DNA of 64,000 nt from Cloacimonetes bacterium UBA5284 (lineage in GTDB: Bacteria > Cloacimonadota > Cloacimonadia > Cloacimonadales > Cloacimonadaceae). Below the pieces are notes generated by a model, which searched no databases, was not told the DNA's origin, and saw only the letters and a list, made by a program, of their open reading frames with translations. The DNA lies in the NCBI GenBank assembly GCA_002410505.1, contig DHSO01000052.1, positions 288 to 64,287 of the forward strand, given 5' to 3'. Shown here piece after piece: positions 54,454-63,915 of the stretch. The translations under genes and the position numbers were made by a program. The first letter of the stretch is position 1, and each line of letters starts with the position of its first letter.

Positions 54454-57272
54454 ATCTTGCTAAAGAACCTCGTTATTTCGTCCATAAGCTGTAGTTCATC
54501 TTTGAGTTCCAGGTGTTTACCGGGCAGGATTTCCTTGAAATATGTGCCGTAGCGCTTGCGGCTGACTCTGCTGTCTAGGATCAATACTATGCCTCGATCA
54601 TTCTTTGAGCGAATCAACCGACCAAAGCCTTGGCGGATTTTGAGTAGAGCGTTTGGCAACATATAATGCATGAAGGAGTCTTTGTCTTCGCGCTCCAGCT
54701 TGTCGATATAAGCCTCCACCAAAGGCTCAGACGGCACTTGGAAGGGGATCTTGTACAAAATCAAAAGTGATAGCGATTCTCCCTGAACGTCCACACCTTC
54801 CCAAAAAGAGGAAGTACCCAGCAGTACTGCATTTTGTGCCTTTTTAAACTCTTCCAGTATACTGCTGCGGCTAGCCACTTTTCCCTGTGCGAAAAGCGGT
54901 CTTTGGCTGTAGTACATATGATCCGCGACCTCGTTATAGGCCATATCCAGATCCCGATACGCGGTGAAAAGCGCCATCGTCCCCACATCCACCGTCTGAA
55001 AGATCTGCTTCAAGCAAGACATCGCCTGAGGCTGAAAAAACTTGTCTTTGGGCTCCGGCAAAAAGCTGGAGATCAGCAATTTTGACTGCTTGTCATAATC
55101 AAAAGGAGAATCCACAATCCGCTCTATCACATTTTTATCTTCCAAAAGGGTCAAACCGGATTGATTGAGGAAATATCGGAATGATCCCCTCAGGGCCAGA
55201 GTGGCGGAAGTAAACACGATGGAAGGCACTTGAGTATAGAGCAAGCGTTTCAAGAATGTGTTTACCTCGATGGGAGCGTAATTCAGGATCGCGGCAGGCA
55301 CATTACGATCCGGACGCGGATTGTTCTCTATCCATAGGGCAAAATTGTCCAGGTCCGGTTCGGAGAAATACAGCAAGACCTCTTCCATCTCCGATAGCCG
55401 CATCACAAAGGCCGTGATGGACTCCATAAGTTGATCGTAAGAAGCTACCTGCTTACTTTCAAGCGCATTGATTACATTTTCCAGGGCCTTAGCAGCTTTC
55501 AATATCTCTTTGAACAGCAAGACGAACTTGCTGAGAAGCCCAAACAAGTCTTTGGCTTCAGCTTTGTTTTTGATGCGCAGTTTGTTGTAAGAATCTGCCG
55601 CAGTGCACATTGTTGAAGCCAGATTAAAGATATCCATAGAAGGTTTGCGAGCTTCTTCGATTACATCTTCCAAATGCTTTGCCACTGATATACACTGGTC
55701 TTTTTTGGCATCGGGCAGGGGACTCTTGATCAGTGCCTTTTCCAGACCCCCCAGAAAACTGCCGCTATGACGTCGTGACGTTCCGGCGATTTGATTTAGC
55801 AGGATGATAACATCCGCGTAAGACATTGATGAACCGAGATGTTTGGAGGCAGAAGACATCAGATTGTGCGCTTCGTCGATCACCAAATAGCGATATTCAC
55901 CCAGACTACTGTTTTCCATCCGCATATCTGCCAGTAGCAGCGCGTGATTTGCCACCACCACGGATGCATTCTCGATCTCCCGTCGCAATATCATAATGTG
56001 ACAATTACGATAGTGCTGGCATCTTCTATTGCCGCACAAGTATCTGTCCGAGCAGATCTTGCGCCAGGTGATGTTGAAACGTCCCCGGTCAAAGGAGGAA
56101 TTTTCCGAGATATCTCCGGTAACAGTCTGCAACTTCCAGATATAAAGATACAAAAGAGCCTGAGCGTCCCAAGAGCTTAGCTCCCTGCTGCTTTGATTGA
56201 TCAGCTCTTCCCAGCGCCGTTCGCAAATATAATTCTCCCGTCCTTTGATGAGTACGGCTTTGAATGGCACTGGTAGAATTTTTGCCAATTGCGGCAGATC
56301 CTTGAAAAAAAGCTGTTCTTGCAGGTTCTTGGTATTTGTAGATACCACCACCTTGGCTTTACTGCGATGGGCAAATTCCAGCGCGGGAACCAGATAGGCG
56401 AAGGATTTTCCCACTCCCGTTCCGGCTTCCACCACCAGATGATCCTCGTTGTTAAATGCATCTGATACCGCTTGAGCCATCTGTACCTGACCCCGGCGAA
56501 ATTCGAAATTGGGGAATTTGTGGGCAAAGATGCCGTCCTCGGAAAACACCGCATCGATCTGAGGATTTGCTGCAGCCGGCAAACTGTTGTCGATCACATT
56601 ATAATAGGGACTCTTCTTTGTGGACGAAGGAGGAGTTGAGATTGCCGATTGTCGCTGGAAGCGAACTATCTCCTCAAAGAAACCCGTGCTTTGGATCTGT
56701 GCCATTTTGGCAAAGGAATGCAGTCTCGCGTTCACGATCATGCTGAAATTCTCGCAGGCAAAATCTCCCAAAGCCATCAGCAATTCTCCGGTAGCTTTGG
56801 CATCTGCATCTGCCCTGTGCGCGTTTTCCAAAGTGATGCCAAACTGTTTTACCATCGTGCCCAGCTTGTGATTTGCGCCAAAAGGGAGATAGGTTCTGCT
56901 TAATTCCACTGTATCCCAAGCAGTATTTTCCAGGGGAAAATCTCCGATTTTTCCGTAGTTGTAGTTGATGAAGCCCAGATCGAAGGACACATTGTGCCCC
57001 ACCAGGGTGTCTGAGCCTAAAAATTTCTTTAGTTTTGCCAATACCTCAGCTACGTCCGGTGCGTCTTTCACGTCTTCCGGCTGGATATGAGTGAGGAACA
57101 TGATAAATTTGGGCAGAGCAATCGTAGGCTTCACAAAGCTATCAAAGACTTCCACCACCTTGCCCCTGCGAAAGCGGACCGCGGCTATCTGAATGATTTC
57201 GTCTTTGCGTTCGGACAGCCCGGTAGTCTCTATGTCCAGTGCAGTAAAATTCAACGAGTCAGAAAACTTCAT
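54450..57272 (-). CDS. dinG: bifunctional DnaQ-like 3'-5' exonuclease / DinG-family ATP-dependent helicase
   Basis: 940 aa. N-terminal exonuclease motifs (ALDIETTGL, GHNVSFD, HRADADA). Helicase Walker A AGTGVGKS, DEAH box VIDEAHNL and the C-terminal helicase_C_2 region. Confidence 0.9.
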   Translation of the reverse strand: MKFSDSLNFTALDIETTGLSERKDEIIQIAAVRFRRGKVVEVFDSFVKPTIALPKFIMFLTHIQPEDVKDAPDVAEVLAKLKKFLGSDTLVGHNVSFDLGFINYNYGKIGDFPLENTAWDTVELSRTYLPFGANHKLGTMVKQFGITLENAHRADADAKATGELLMALGDFACENFSMIVNARLHSFAKMAQIQSTGFFEEIVRFQRQSAISTPPSSTKKSPYYNVIDNSLPAAANPQIDAVFSEDGIFAHKFPNFEFRRGQVQMAQAVSDAFNNEDHLVVEAGTGVGKSFAYLVPALEFAHRSKAKVVVSTNTKNLQEQLFFKDLPQLAKILPVPFKAVLIKGRENYICERRWEELINQSSRELSSWDAQALLYLYIWKLQTVTGDISENSSFDRGRFNITWRKICSDRYLCGNRRCQHYRNCHIMILRREIENASVVVANHALLLADMRMENSSLGEYRYLVIDEAHNLMSSASKHLGSSMSYADVIILLNQIAGTSRRHSGSFLGGLEKALIKSPLPDAKKDQCISVAKHLEDVIEEARKPSMDIFNLASTMCTAADSYNKLRIKNKAEAKDLFGLLSKFVLLFKEILKAAKALENVINALESKQVASYDQLMESITAFVMRLSEMEEVLLYFSEPDLDNFALWIENNPRPDRNVPAAILNYAPIEVNTFLKRLLYTQVPSIVFTSATLALRGSFRYFLNQSGLTLLEDKNVIERIVDSPFDYDKQSKLLISSFLPEPKDKFFQPQAMSCLKQIFQTVDVGTMALFTAYRDLDMAYNEVADHMYYSQRPLFAQGKVASRSSILEEFKKAQNAVLLGTSSFWEGVDVQGESLSLLILYKIPFQVPSEPLVEAYIDKLEREDKDSFMHYMLPNALLKIRQGFGRLIRSKNDRGIVLILDSRVSRKRYGTYFKEILPGKHLELKDELQLMDEITRFFSKI

Positions 57273-60200
57273 CCCTCATCCCTAAATAGATTATAGCGTT
57301 GCAGCTTTTTGATGAGTCCCTGACGTGAAAGCCCCAGTTCCCGAGCAGCTTGAGTTTGGTTCCAATCGTATTTATCCATGCACGCAGAGATCATTTTCCG
57401 TTCCAGCTCTTCGACTGCTTCCTTCAAGTTTTGCTTCGTGCTCAGAAGGTCGATGGTCTGGCTGTGCTCATAGTGTCGATGCACTTCTTCCGAGAAATCC
57501 GAGGCATGGATGAAGGTATTATCTTCCACCAGAGTTACAGCACGCTCAATTTCATTTTCCAATTGCCGCACATTCCCCGGAAAATCGTAGTTCTCAAGGA
57601 TTTTCATAGCTTCTTCGGTGAAGCCCGATACATTCTTTCGAATGCGTTTGTTGTATTTATCCAAAAAGTGAATAGCCAAAAGTGGAACGTCTCCCGGCCT
57701 GTTTTTGAGCGGTGGTACTTGTATGCGGATCACGTTCAGACGATAGTATAGATCCAAACGAAAATCGCCATTATTCACTTTTTCCAATAGCGGGACATTG
57801 GTGGCACACAATACCCGCACATTCACTTTCTCGGTCTTGGTAGCGCCGACCCGTTTCACCTCACCTTCCTGCAAAAAGCGCAAAAGCTTGGCTTGAGTTG
57901 ACTGGCTTATGTCTGCTATCTCGTCTAGGAAGAAGGTACCTCCATCAGCGATCTCAAAGAGGCCTTTCTTATCGTAGGCTGCACCGGTGAAGCTGCCTTT
58001 CACATGGCCGAACAGCTCGCTTTCCAAAAGAGTCTCGGGCAGAGCGCCACAATATTGGGCCACAAATGCCTTGCCGGCACGATTGCTGCTGTAGTGCAAG
58101 GCTCTGGCAATCAATTCCTTACCTGTTCCGCTATCACCCTCCAAAAGCACCGTTGTAGGCGTATCTTTCACCTTTTCGATGATCTCAAAGATCTTCATCA
58201 TCTCCGGGCTTTTACCTATTATATTTGCATAGAGATTGCCTTCGTGAAGCTGTTCTCGGATGATGGCATGGGTTTTTTCCAAGTTTGCGCTGCGGATGTT
58301 TTCAATGATTACGATTATCTGGTTCGAAAGCGCGTTCAACAGGTTTATGATGCGCTCACTGAAATAGTGCGATCCGCTTTTACAAAAGAGCAGCACCACG
58401 CCCAAGTTGTTTTTTCTGATGGATAGAGGTAACAGCAATATGTTGTTGTAGGCAGAGGCAAAATGTGGTTGTTTAAAATTCTCCACCTTGTTTTCGCGGT
58501 GAACCTTCGCGCACAGATTCATAAAGACGTCAAAATCCTTGTCTTCGGCAGAGAAATTTCTGAAAATCTTATATTCCCAAGCATCAGGCAGATTGGCACT
58601 GTTTTGCAAGCACAGAATGCCGCCGTCTGCCTCTGAGATATCGATCAGGCTTGTCAGGGATTGATCGATAATCAGATCCAGATCTGTTATTGTATTCAGC
58701 TTCTGGGTGATTTCATAGAATTGATTGAGCAGGTTTTCTTCAAATTGTACTTCCTGCATTTGCGAGGAATATTCCCGGGATATCCGCTGCATCAGTATAT
58801 CGTTCTGTTCCAAAAGCTTGATGGAGCCATATTGCTGAATCACTTTCTTGTTGTTCTTCAAAATCTGCAAGGCCTGTTCCCATTCTTCCAGGTCCAACAG
58901 CACTCCAGCCAGCTCGTAATTTGCCAGAGACAGCTCGTAGTAACTGTTTGTGGCCACAAAGAACTTGATTGCCTCATCCAGATGCGTTCTGGCACTCTGT
59001 GGGTTCTTACGCTCCAGCAGTGCGCGCAGGTAGTGGGTCCAGCCCATCTCAAATTCGTTCTGCTGTTCAGTAGCCAGGCGGAAGGCTTCATTCAGGAAAT
59101 AATCTGCGCTCTCAGCGTTGTGAGTCATAATGAAGTAATAGGCCTGGTTTTGACAGCCTTCTATGATCTTGTCCCTAGCGCCCAGAGCCTTGAAGAAATC
59201 GAAACTCTCCATCAGGTAACGATACGCGTCTTTAAATTTGTGCAATTTTGTGAGCACAGAACCCAGATTGCCGTAAAGCTCTGCCTTGATGTATTCATCG
59301 CTCACTCCGGGCAACAGCTCCAATCCCTTGAAATAGAGATCGTAAGCCAGATTCAGCTCATTGCTTTTCTCATACACTTCTCCCAGGTTGTTAAACGAGC
59401 GCAAGAGTCCTTCACTAAAGCTGTTTTCCTCGCTAAGCTTGATGGCTTTTTCATAATAGCTGATGGATCCTTTCCAATCTCCCTTTTTGAAGCTGAGGGC
59501 GCCCAAGTTGTTCAGGGACGCTACGGTATTGCGGAAGAAATTGAATTCAACGGCAGTTTCCAAGGATTTCCGCAGAGCGTCTTCAGCCCGCTCAAAATCC
59601 CCATGATCCATCATTGTAACGCCGATGTTATTGTATATATTCGTTATATTGTAGGGTTCCGAAAGCAAGCGCTGAATCTTGAGAGCTTCCTCCAAGTAGT
59701 ACAATGAACGGGCGGCATCGCCTTTATCGTCCATCAAACCACCCAGATTGTTGAAACATACCGAGATTCCATTGAGGTTGAAGTAGTCTTTTTCCAGGGC
59801 CAGACTTTTCAGAAAGTAGGTCTCGCTTTGCTCCCAATCGCCCTGAAACATATACAAAACACCTAGATTGTTATAGATCGCCGCCAGTCCTGTGTGATCA
59901 TCGGCCAGCCCATACATGGTTTCAGATTCTTTGAAAGCTTCTTCAGCTTGATCCCATTCATTGATGTAATAGTGGATCTTGCCCTTTATCTTTTTGGCTT
60001 CGGCCTGGATCAGATAGCGGTGATGCTGATCTTCGATGTTGATCATGGATTGCAACACATTGTCCAGAGTCTCAAAAGCCTCGTTAAAATCTTCACTTTC
60101 TGCCAGAATATCGCCTTTCAGCAAAAGAATTCTGGATTTCCAATAAGCCTCGATGGTGGCAGGGGAGTATTTCTTGATTATCTCCAGTGCAAAACTGTTC

Positions 60201-61546
60201 GAATTCACTGCAAACAGTGTGTTTGAAAGATTGTATACAATCTCCTCGGCGGGGAAGTTGTTTTCAGTGCAGATGTGAAGGCATTGCCTGTAGTAGTCTA
60301 TCGCCTTGTCCTTTTGGCTCAGGTCCGAATAACAGGCAGCCAGCTTTGCCGTGTATTGCAGCTTTTCCTTTGCGTTCTTGCTGATCGAGAGCAAATAGTC
60401 GTAGATACTGATGCAGCTATCACCGTCTGAGATCAGCATAAATAGCTGCAGCATCTCATTGAATAACTGCTCGTTGTAAGCCTCTTGATGGATGGCAAGA
60501 CGCAGTAATACCTGTGTCATCTCATCGTGCTTTTTCAGAAAGACGCTTATCTTCTTTAGCAAAGCGTTTGATGAGCCCGGGTTTTCTTCAAGCCACAAAC
60601 CGAAAGCGCGTTTTTTTTGAACCACGCAAGAGTCTTCTACTATGGCCAACAAACCGCGTTCCACCAAAGCCTTGCTATCGTTCTTGATCCCTTTGCGTCC
60701 CAAGGCTTCAGTGATGTCACTCAATTCCATGCCGTCCATGGCATAAGCGGCAGTCAATAACTCCATCTGGCTGTTATTGAGATCGGCCAGACTCTGATAG
60801 TATACCTCATGTGGGTCGTAAGTCTTTTCCAGATACGGACTCAGATCAAATCCACCCTTGGGCTGGTGTTCTCTCATCTCCGAAAAGATGCGCTCCAGGA
60901 TCATCAGATTACCCCCGGAAATCTTGTGTAAGATCTCGCCTTCGGAGATGTAGCTCAAACCCGCGTCCGGGAATATGTTGCTAAGCAGCTTTTGCAGATC
61001 TTCTGCTCCCAAAGTGGGCAGGTTTTCTTCCACTGAAAATGGAAACAAACGCTTCTGCGACAGAGCAATGATCTGAATCCCAGTATCTGCTGCGTATTGC
61101 ACCAGATACTGCAAGAAATCTCTACTGTATGCATCCAAGACGTCACTATCGTCCACGATCAGCACTCTGGGCTTCAATAAATCACGCTTCAGCAGTTGCT
61201 CAGTGAAGTAATAGAAGAAATCATACTGCTTGCCCGTGCGGTACTTGGCAAAATGCTCATTAAACAGCTCCATTTGTGCCGCTTCATCCAAGCCCGTCAA
61301 GATCCTTACCAACTCGGTAAAATGGTTGAAATACAAGGGATGTGGGCTGAAATACTCGATTTGGGCATACTTCTCTTGCAAAGCGGATATTATGGGCGTA
61401 ATGAGATAGGATTTGCCGGAACCTGATTTGCCGGTGATCTCCAATAAGTGACTGTGACTACTGTCTTGGATCGGCTCCAGCACGCGCGACAAATTAAAGC
61501 GCTCGGAAACAAATTCGTGCATCTGTTGATATAGCTTTTCAGGCAT
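57269..61546 (-). CDS. sigma54-dependent transcriptional activator fused to an N-terminal STAND-like P-loop NTPase, TPR array and GAF domain
   Basis: 1425 aa from the ATG at 61546 (AGGAG RBS). First P-loop ITGKSGSGKSY and Walker B VLIVDDSD. At least 6 TPR-like repeats with recurring NNLG motifs. A GAF-like segment. Sigma54 AAA+ core (LLEGDSGTGKE, GSFTGA, ESELFGH, DLYYRLNV). C-terminal Fis-type HTH (QTQAARELGLSRQGLIKKL). Confidence 0.88.
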   Translation of the reverse strand: MPEKLYQQMHEFVSERFNLSRVLEPIQDSSHSHLLEITGKSGSGKSYLITPIISALQEKYAQIEYFSPHPLYFNHFTELVRILTGLDEAAQMELFNEHFAKYRTGKQYDFFYYFTEQLLKRDLLKPRVLIVDDSDVLDAYSRDFLQYLVQYAADTGIQIIALSQKRLFPFSVEENLPTLGAEDLQKLLSNIFPDAGLSYISEGEILHKISGGNLMILERIFSEMREHQPKGGFDLSPYLEKTYDPHEVYYQSLADLNNSQMELLTAAYAMDGMELSDITEALGRKGIKNDSKALVERGLLAIVEDSCVVQKKRAFGLWLEENPGSSNALLKKISVFLKKHDEMTQVLLRLAIHQEAYNEQLFNEMLQLFMLISDGDSCISIYDYLLSISKNAKEKLQYTAKLAACYSDLSQKDKAIDYYRQCLHICTENNFPAEEIVYNLSNTLFAVNSNSFALEIIKKYSPATIEAYWKSRILLLKGDILAESEDFNEAFETLDNVLQSMINIEDQHHRYLIQAEAKKIKGKIHYYINEWDQAEEAFKESETMYGLADDHTGLAAIYNNLGVLYMFQGDWEQSETYFLKSLALEKDYFNLNGISVCFNNLGGLMDDKGDAARSLYYLEEALKIQRLLSEPYNITNIYNNIGVTMMDHGDFERAEDALRKSLETAVEFNFFRNTVASLNNLGALSFKKGDWKGSISYYEKAIKLSEENSFSEGLLRSFNNLGEVYEKSNELNLAYDLYFKGLELLPGVSDEYIKAELYGNLGSVLTKLHKFKDAYRYLMESFDFFKALGARDKIIEGCQNQAYYFIMTHNAESADYFLNEAFRLATEQQNEFEMGWTHYLRALLERKNPQSARTHLDEAIKFFVATNSYYELSLANYELAGVLLDLEEWEQALQILKNNKKVIQQYGSIKLLEQNDILMQRISREYSSQMQEVQFEENLLNQFYEITQKLNTITDLDLIIDQSLTSLIDISEADGGILCLQNSANLPDAWEYKIFRNFSAEDKDFDVFMNLCAKVHRENKVENFKQPHFASAYNNILLLPLSIRKNNLGVVLLFCKSGSHYFSERIINLLNALSNQIIVIIENIRSANLEKTHAIIREQLHEGNLYANIIGKSPEMMKIFEIIEKVKDTPTTVLLEGDSGTGKELIARALHYSSNRAGKAFVAQYCGALPETLLESELFGHVKGSFTGAAYDKKGLFEIADGGTFFLDEIADISQSTQAKLLRFLQEGEVKRVGATKTEKVNVRVLCATNVPLLEKVNNGDFRLDLYYRLNVIRIQVPPLKNRPGDVPLLAIHFLDKYNKRIRKNVSGFTEEAMKILENYDFPGNVRQLENEIERAVTLVEDNTFIHASDFSEEVHRHYEHSQTIDLLSTKQNLKEAVEELERKMISACMDKYDWNQTQAARELGLSRQGLIKKLQRYNLFRDEG

Positions 61547-61570
61547 TATCTCTACTCCTGAATCAGTTTG

Positions 61571-61833
61571 TTGACAGTGCAACTGTAAAAAGAATTGACA
61601 TACTGTCAAGTAAAAAAAGGTTTGCCGCTCCGCGAAGCTCTTTCTATAGTAGTTGCAAAGCAATTCCCCTTTATAGTGACACCTGAAATGTCAAATCGTG
61701 ACACCCACTTGACAAAACAGCGGAAATGCCCTCAGTTTGTGACAGCAATATGTCCATTCACCGGAATCCAAGGACGGTCAGAAGTGACGGATTTTTGTCA
61801 AATCATGACAGCAAAACGGCAGGTTGTGACACA
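61571..61833. repeat. dense array of TGACA/TGTCA motifs (iteron- or operator-like) in the intergenic region upstream of the sigma54 activator
   Basis: TGACA at 61572, 61596, 61677, 61699, 61710, 61740, 61806 and 61828. TGTCA at 61604, 61689 and 61796. GTGACAC occurs three times. Inverted pairs are TTGACA-N3-TGTCAA (61595-61609) and TGACA-N7-TGTCA (61677-61693). Confidence 0.85.
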
Positions 61834-61859
61834 CTTTTATAAATACCTGATCGCTAATA

Positions 61860-62693
61860 CTAGTCAAAGTATTTACTATACCCATCTAGCTTAAGGTGCT
61901 TATCAGATATTTTGCTCAGAATTCTCATATAGCTCAATTTTACTTCTCTTAATGATGCCATAAGAGTAACACAGAGAATTGCTATTATACTAAATAGGGT
62001 ACCAACAAATGATCCTCTTGCCCATAATGAATTGCATGAAAAGGCTTCGAATAATCCCAACTTCGATATTTCCATTGGAAGCATCATTAGGGGAATACAA
62101 ACTGATGTTAATGAACCGATAAGGAGCAGAACAACAATTCCATTGATAGTTCTAAGCCTTTTTATGGACCCACTGATATCATTCTTTACAAGCCCATACT
62201 TTCTCATTAGCACTTTACATTCATGTCTTAGATTCTCAATGTTTTTGTGAGTGTTTTCGATCTTATCGAAGCTAACAGAACAAATTGGAGAGTTACAGCC
62301 GGAATATTCATACTCATCTATTGACTTATTTCTTAAGACTAGTCTTGTAGCAAAGCCAAGATTATCAGGACTATCGTATAATCCATAGACTTCCAATAGA
62401 CATTCCGCAGCAATTGTCTCGGGATCATCGCTGCTAGCACTCTCAAGTTGTAATAGCTTATCCCAGAATTCTTGGCTTTGAAGAATAGTGTTTCTATTGT
62501 ACCATTCGAAGGGTATATTATTAATGTCATTTAGAACATTAGTCCTCTTGAATGCAATTTCACGAAATTCGTAGAGAATTCTGTTACTTACATCTTTTTC
62601 GTTAAGAACTCTCGAGATTAGAAATGCTCCAATAATCCCAATTAGCGCTGCACCACTTTGAGCTAAAGCTGAAAAAAACCAATTCCAATCCAT
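61860..62693 (-). CDS. hypothetical 3-TM membrane protein (candidate effector partner)
   Basis: 277 aa. TM1 FFSALAQSGAALIGIIGAFLISRVL, then about 150 aa of soluble helical region, then TM2 INGIVVLLLIGSLTSVCIPLMML and TM3 GSFVGTLFSIIAILCVTLMASL. Lies 19 nt downstream of the TIR-like gene on the same strand in low-GC DNA. Confidence 0.6.
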   Translation of the reverse strand: MDWNWFFSALAQSGAALIGIIGAFLISRVLNEKDVSNRILYEFREIAFKRTNVLNDINNIPFEWYNRNTILQSQEFWDKLLQLESASSDDPETIAAECLLEVYGLYDSPDNLGFATRLVLRNKSIDEYEYSGCNSPICSVSFDKIENTHKNIENLRHECKVLMRKYGLVKNDISGSIKRLRTINGIVVLLLIGSLTSVCIPLMMLPMEISKLGLFEAFSCNSLWARGSFVGTLFSIIAILCVTLMASLREVKLSYMRILSKISDKHLKLDGYSKYFD

Positions 62694-62712
62694 AATAATC
62701 TCTCAACAAATA

Positions 62713-63915
62713 TCATCTATTATTCCACTCAAGAAACTCGGGATCGTTTGAATCTTTGCCTCTGCCCATGCTGATATCCCGATTCTTGCGGTCAATCTTG
62801 AATTGGTCTAGGGATTTGTATGGTATTGATTTCTCATCGTCTTTGTAATGGACAATATAAAAATGGAAGTTTAAATCATAGTGAGGTCCGGTTGTGATAA
62901 AGATACTCCCAGTATTAATCAGAAACAACGGATCGATTTCTCTACGATAGACGTCTAGGATAAAGTTTGTTGCTCTACAAAGCTCTATAGCAAGGTCTTG
63001 GATAAGTGCTACACGAAAGTCATAATCTTTGGCTAACCTTTCGTACTTTTCCGGATTCCACTCTATCTTATGATATCTCTTTTCAACGCGATAGATTTCT
63101 CGATCATTAATCACAGAACTGTCCATAATAACATCTAGTAAATCTTGGAGAATTAATCTAAACCGGTAAAACGCTTCAGAGTACCTTTGATGATTAAACT
63201 CCCAATTCCGTGAAAGAATCCATAGTTTTAGGTTTTCGAGTTGTTCATATTTTTGGTGAGAGATCCATGGGGATGCAGATGTAAGATGAGATATCCAGTT
63301 GGACATCTCATGCACCTCCAAAATATCAGACCATTTAGTAATGTTATACTTAACAATTTCATTTGCTTTACTTGCAGCCACTGCTACAGGACTATCACTT
63401 TCCAAGACCCATTCTTCAAGCAGTTTTGCGTGTAGTTGTCTGACAAACAAATCCTTAAAACTGTCTGAACCTTCATAGTCTTTGTACATACAGTTGCCGG
63501 ATATTGATTCTTTGTACGCCTTGAGAGCAGCAATTTGTTCTTCATCATTGTGTTCTTGTGGTATTGGCGCTGTTGAGAAGAACAACATTGTTTTCTTTCC
63601 TTTCTCAGAATGCAGTTTAATCTCTTCTACCGTTCCGCTTAGGGAATGATCAGTAGGAGTACCCACTTTTGACCAGAATACTCCTATCAATAAGTCGCAT
63701 GACTCAAGCAGCTTGGTGTTAATCTCATCTTGTGGAGGAGCACCATAGCTTGCTACAGAATCGGTTTCCCAACCTACAGGCATTAAGACTATCCCTCTAC
63801 TAAATGAGTTTATAGTGTTCCACTCATAAATAGTATCTCTTATTAGATTCCTTTCCTTCTGTACATCTCCTGGGGATGCAATGAATATTCTGATCACTTT
63901 AGCATCATAAGCCAT
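62713..63915 (-). CDS. hypothetical protein with DUF4062/TIR-like N-terminal domain and unknown C-terminal domain
   Basis: 400 aa from the ATG at 63915 (GGAGGT RBS 5 nt upstream). The N-terminal string RIFIASPGDVQKER ... LMPVGWE ... CDLLIGVFWSKVGT ... GTVEEI ... TMLFFS matches, by eye, the strand-loop-helix pattern of DUF4062 / TIR-like Rossmannoid domains. The remaining ~270 aa carry no recognised motif. Confidence 0.55.
   Translation of the reverse strand: MAYDAKVIRIFIASPGDVQKERNLIRDTIYEWNTINSFSRGIVLMPVGWETDSVASYGAPPQDEINTKLLESCDLLIGVFWSKVGTPTDHSLSGTVEEIKLHSEKGKKTMLFFSTAPIPQEHNDEEQIAALKAYKESISGNCMYKDYEGSDSFKDLFVRQLHAKLLEEWVLESDSPVAVAASKANEIVKYNITKWSDILEVHEMSNWISHLTSASPWISHQKYEQLENLKLWILSRNWEFNHQRYSEAFYRFRLILQDLLDVIMDSSVINDREIYRVEKRYHKIEWNPEKYERLAKDYDFRVALIQDLAIELCRATNFILDVYRREIDPLFLINTGSIFITTGPHYDLNFHFYIVHYKDDEKSIPYKSLDQFKIDRKNRDISMGRGKDSNDPEFLEWNNR

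Noticed and set aside
58661-59707. 348-aa plus-strand ORF inside the sigma54 activator gene
   Set aside because: It is antisense to the TPR-repeat region of a well-supported 1425-aa CDS. The repetitive, codon-biased sequence keeps the antisense frame open. No RBS or motif.
61595-61894. 99-aa plus-strand ORF spanning the TGACA array
   Set aside because: The open frame is explained by the repeated GTGACA motifs (recurrent Val-Thr). There is no RBS, and it runs across the activator promoter region and into the end of the 3-TM gene.
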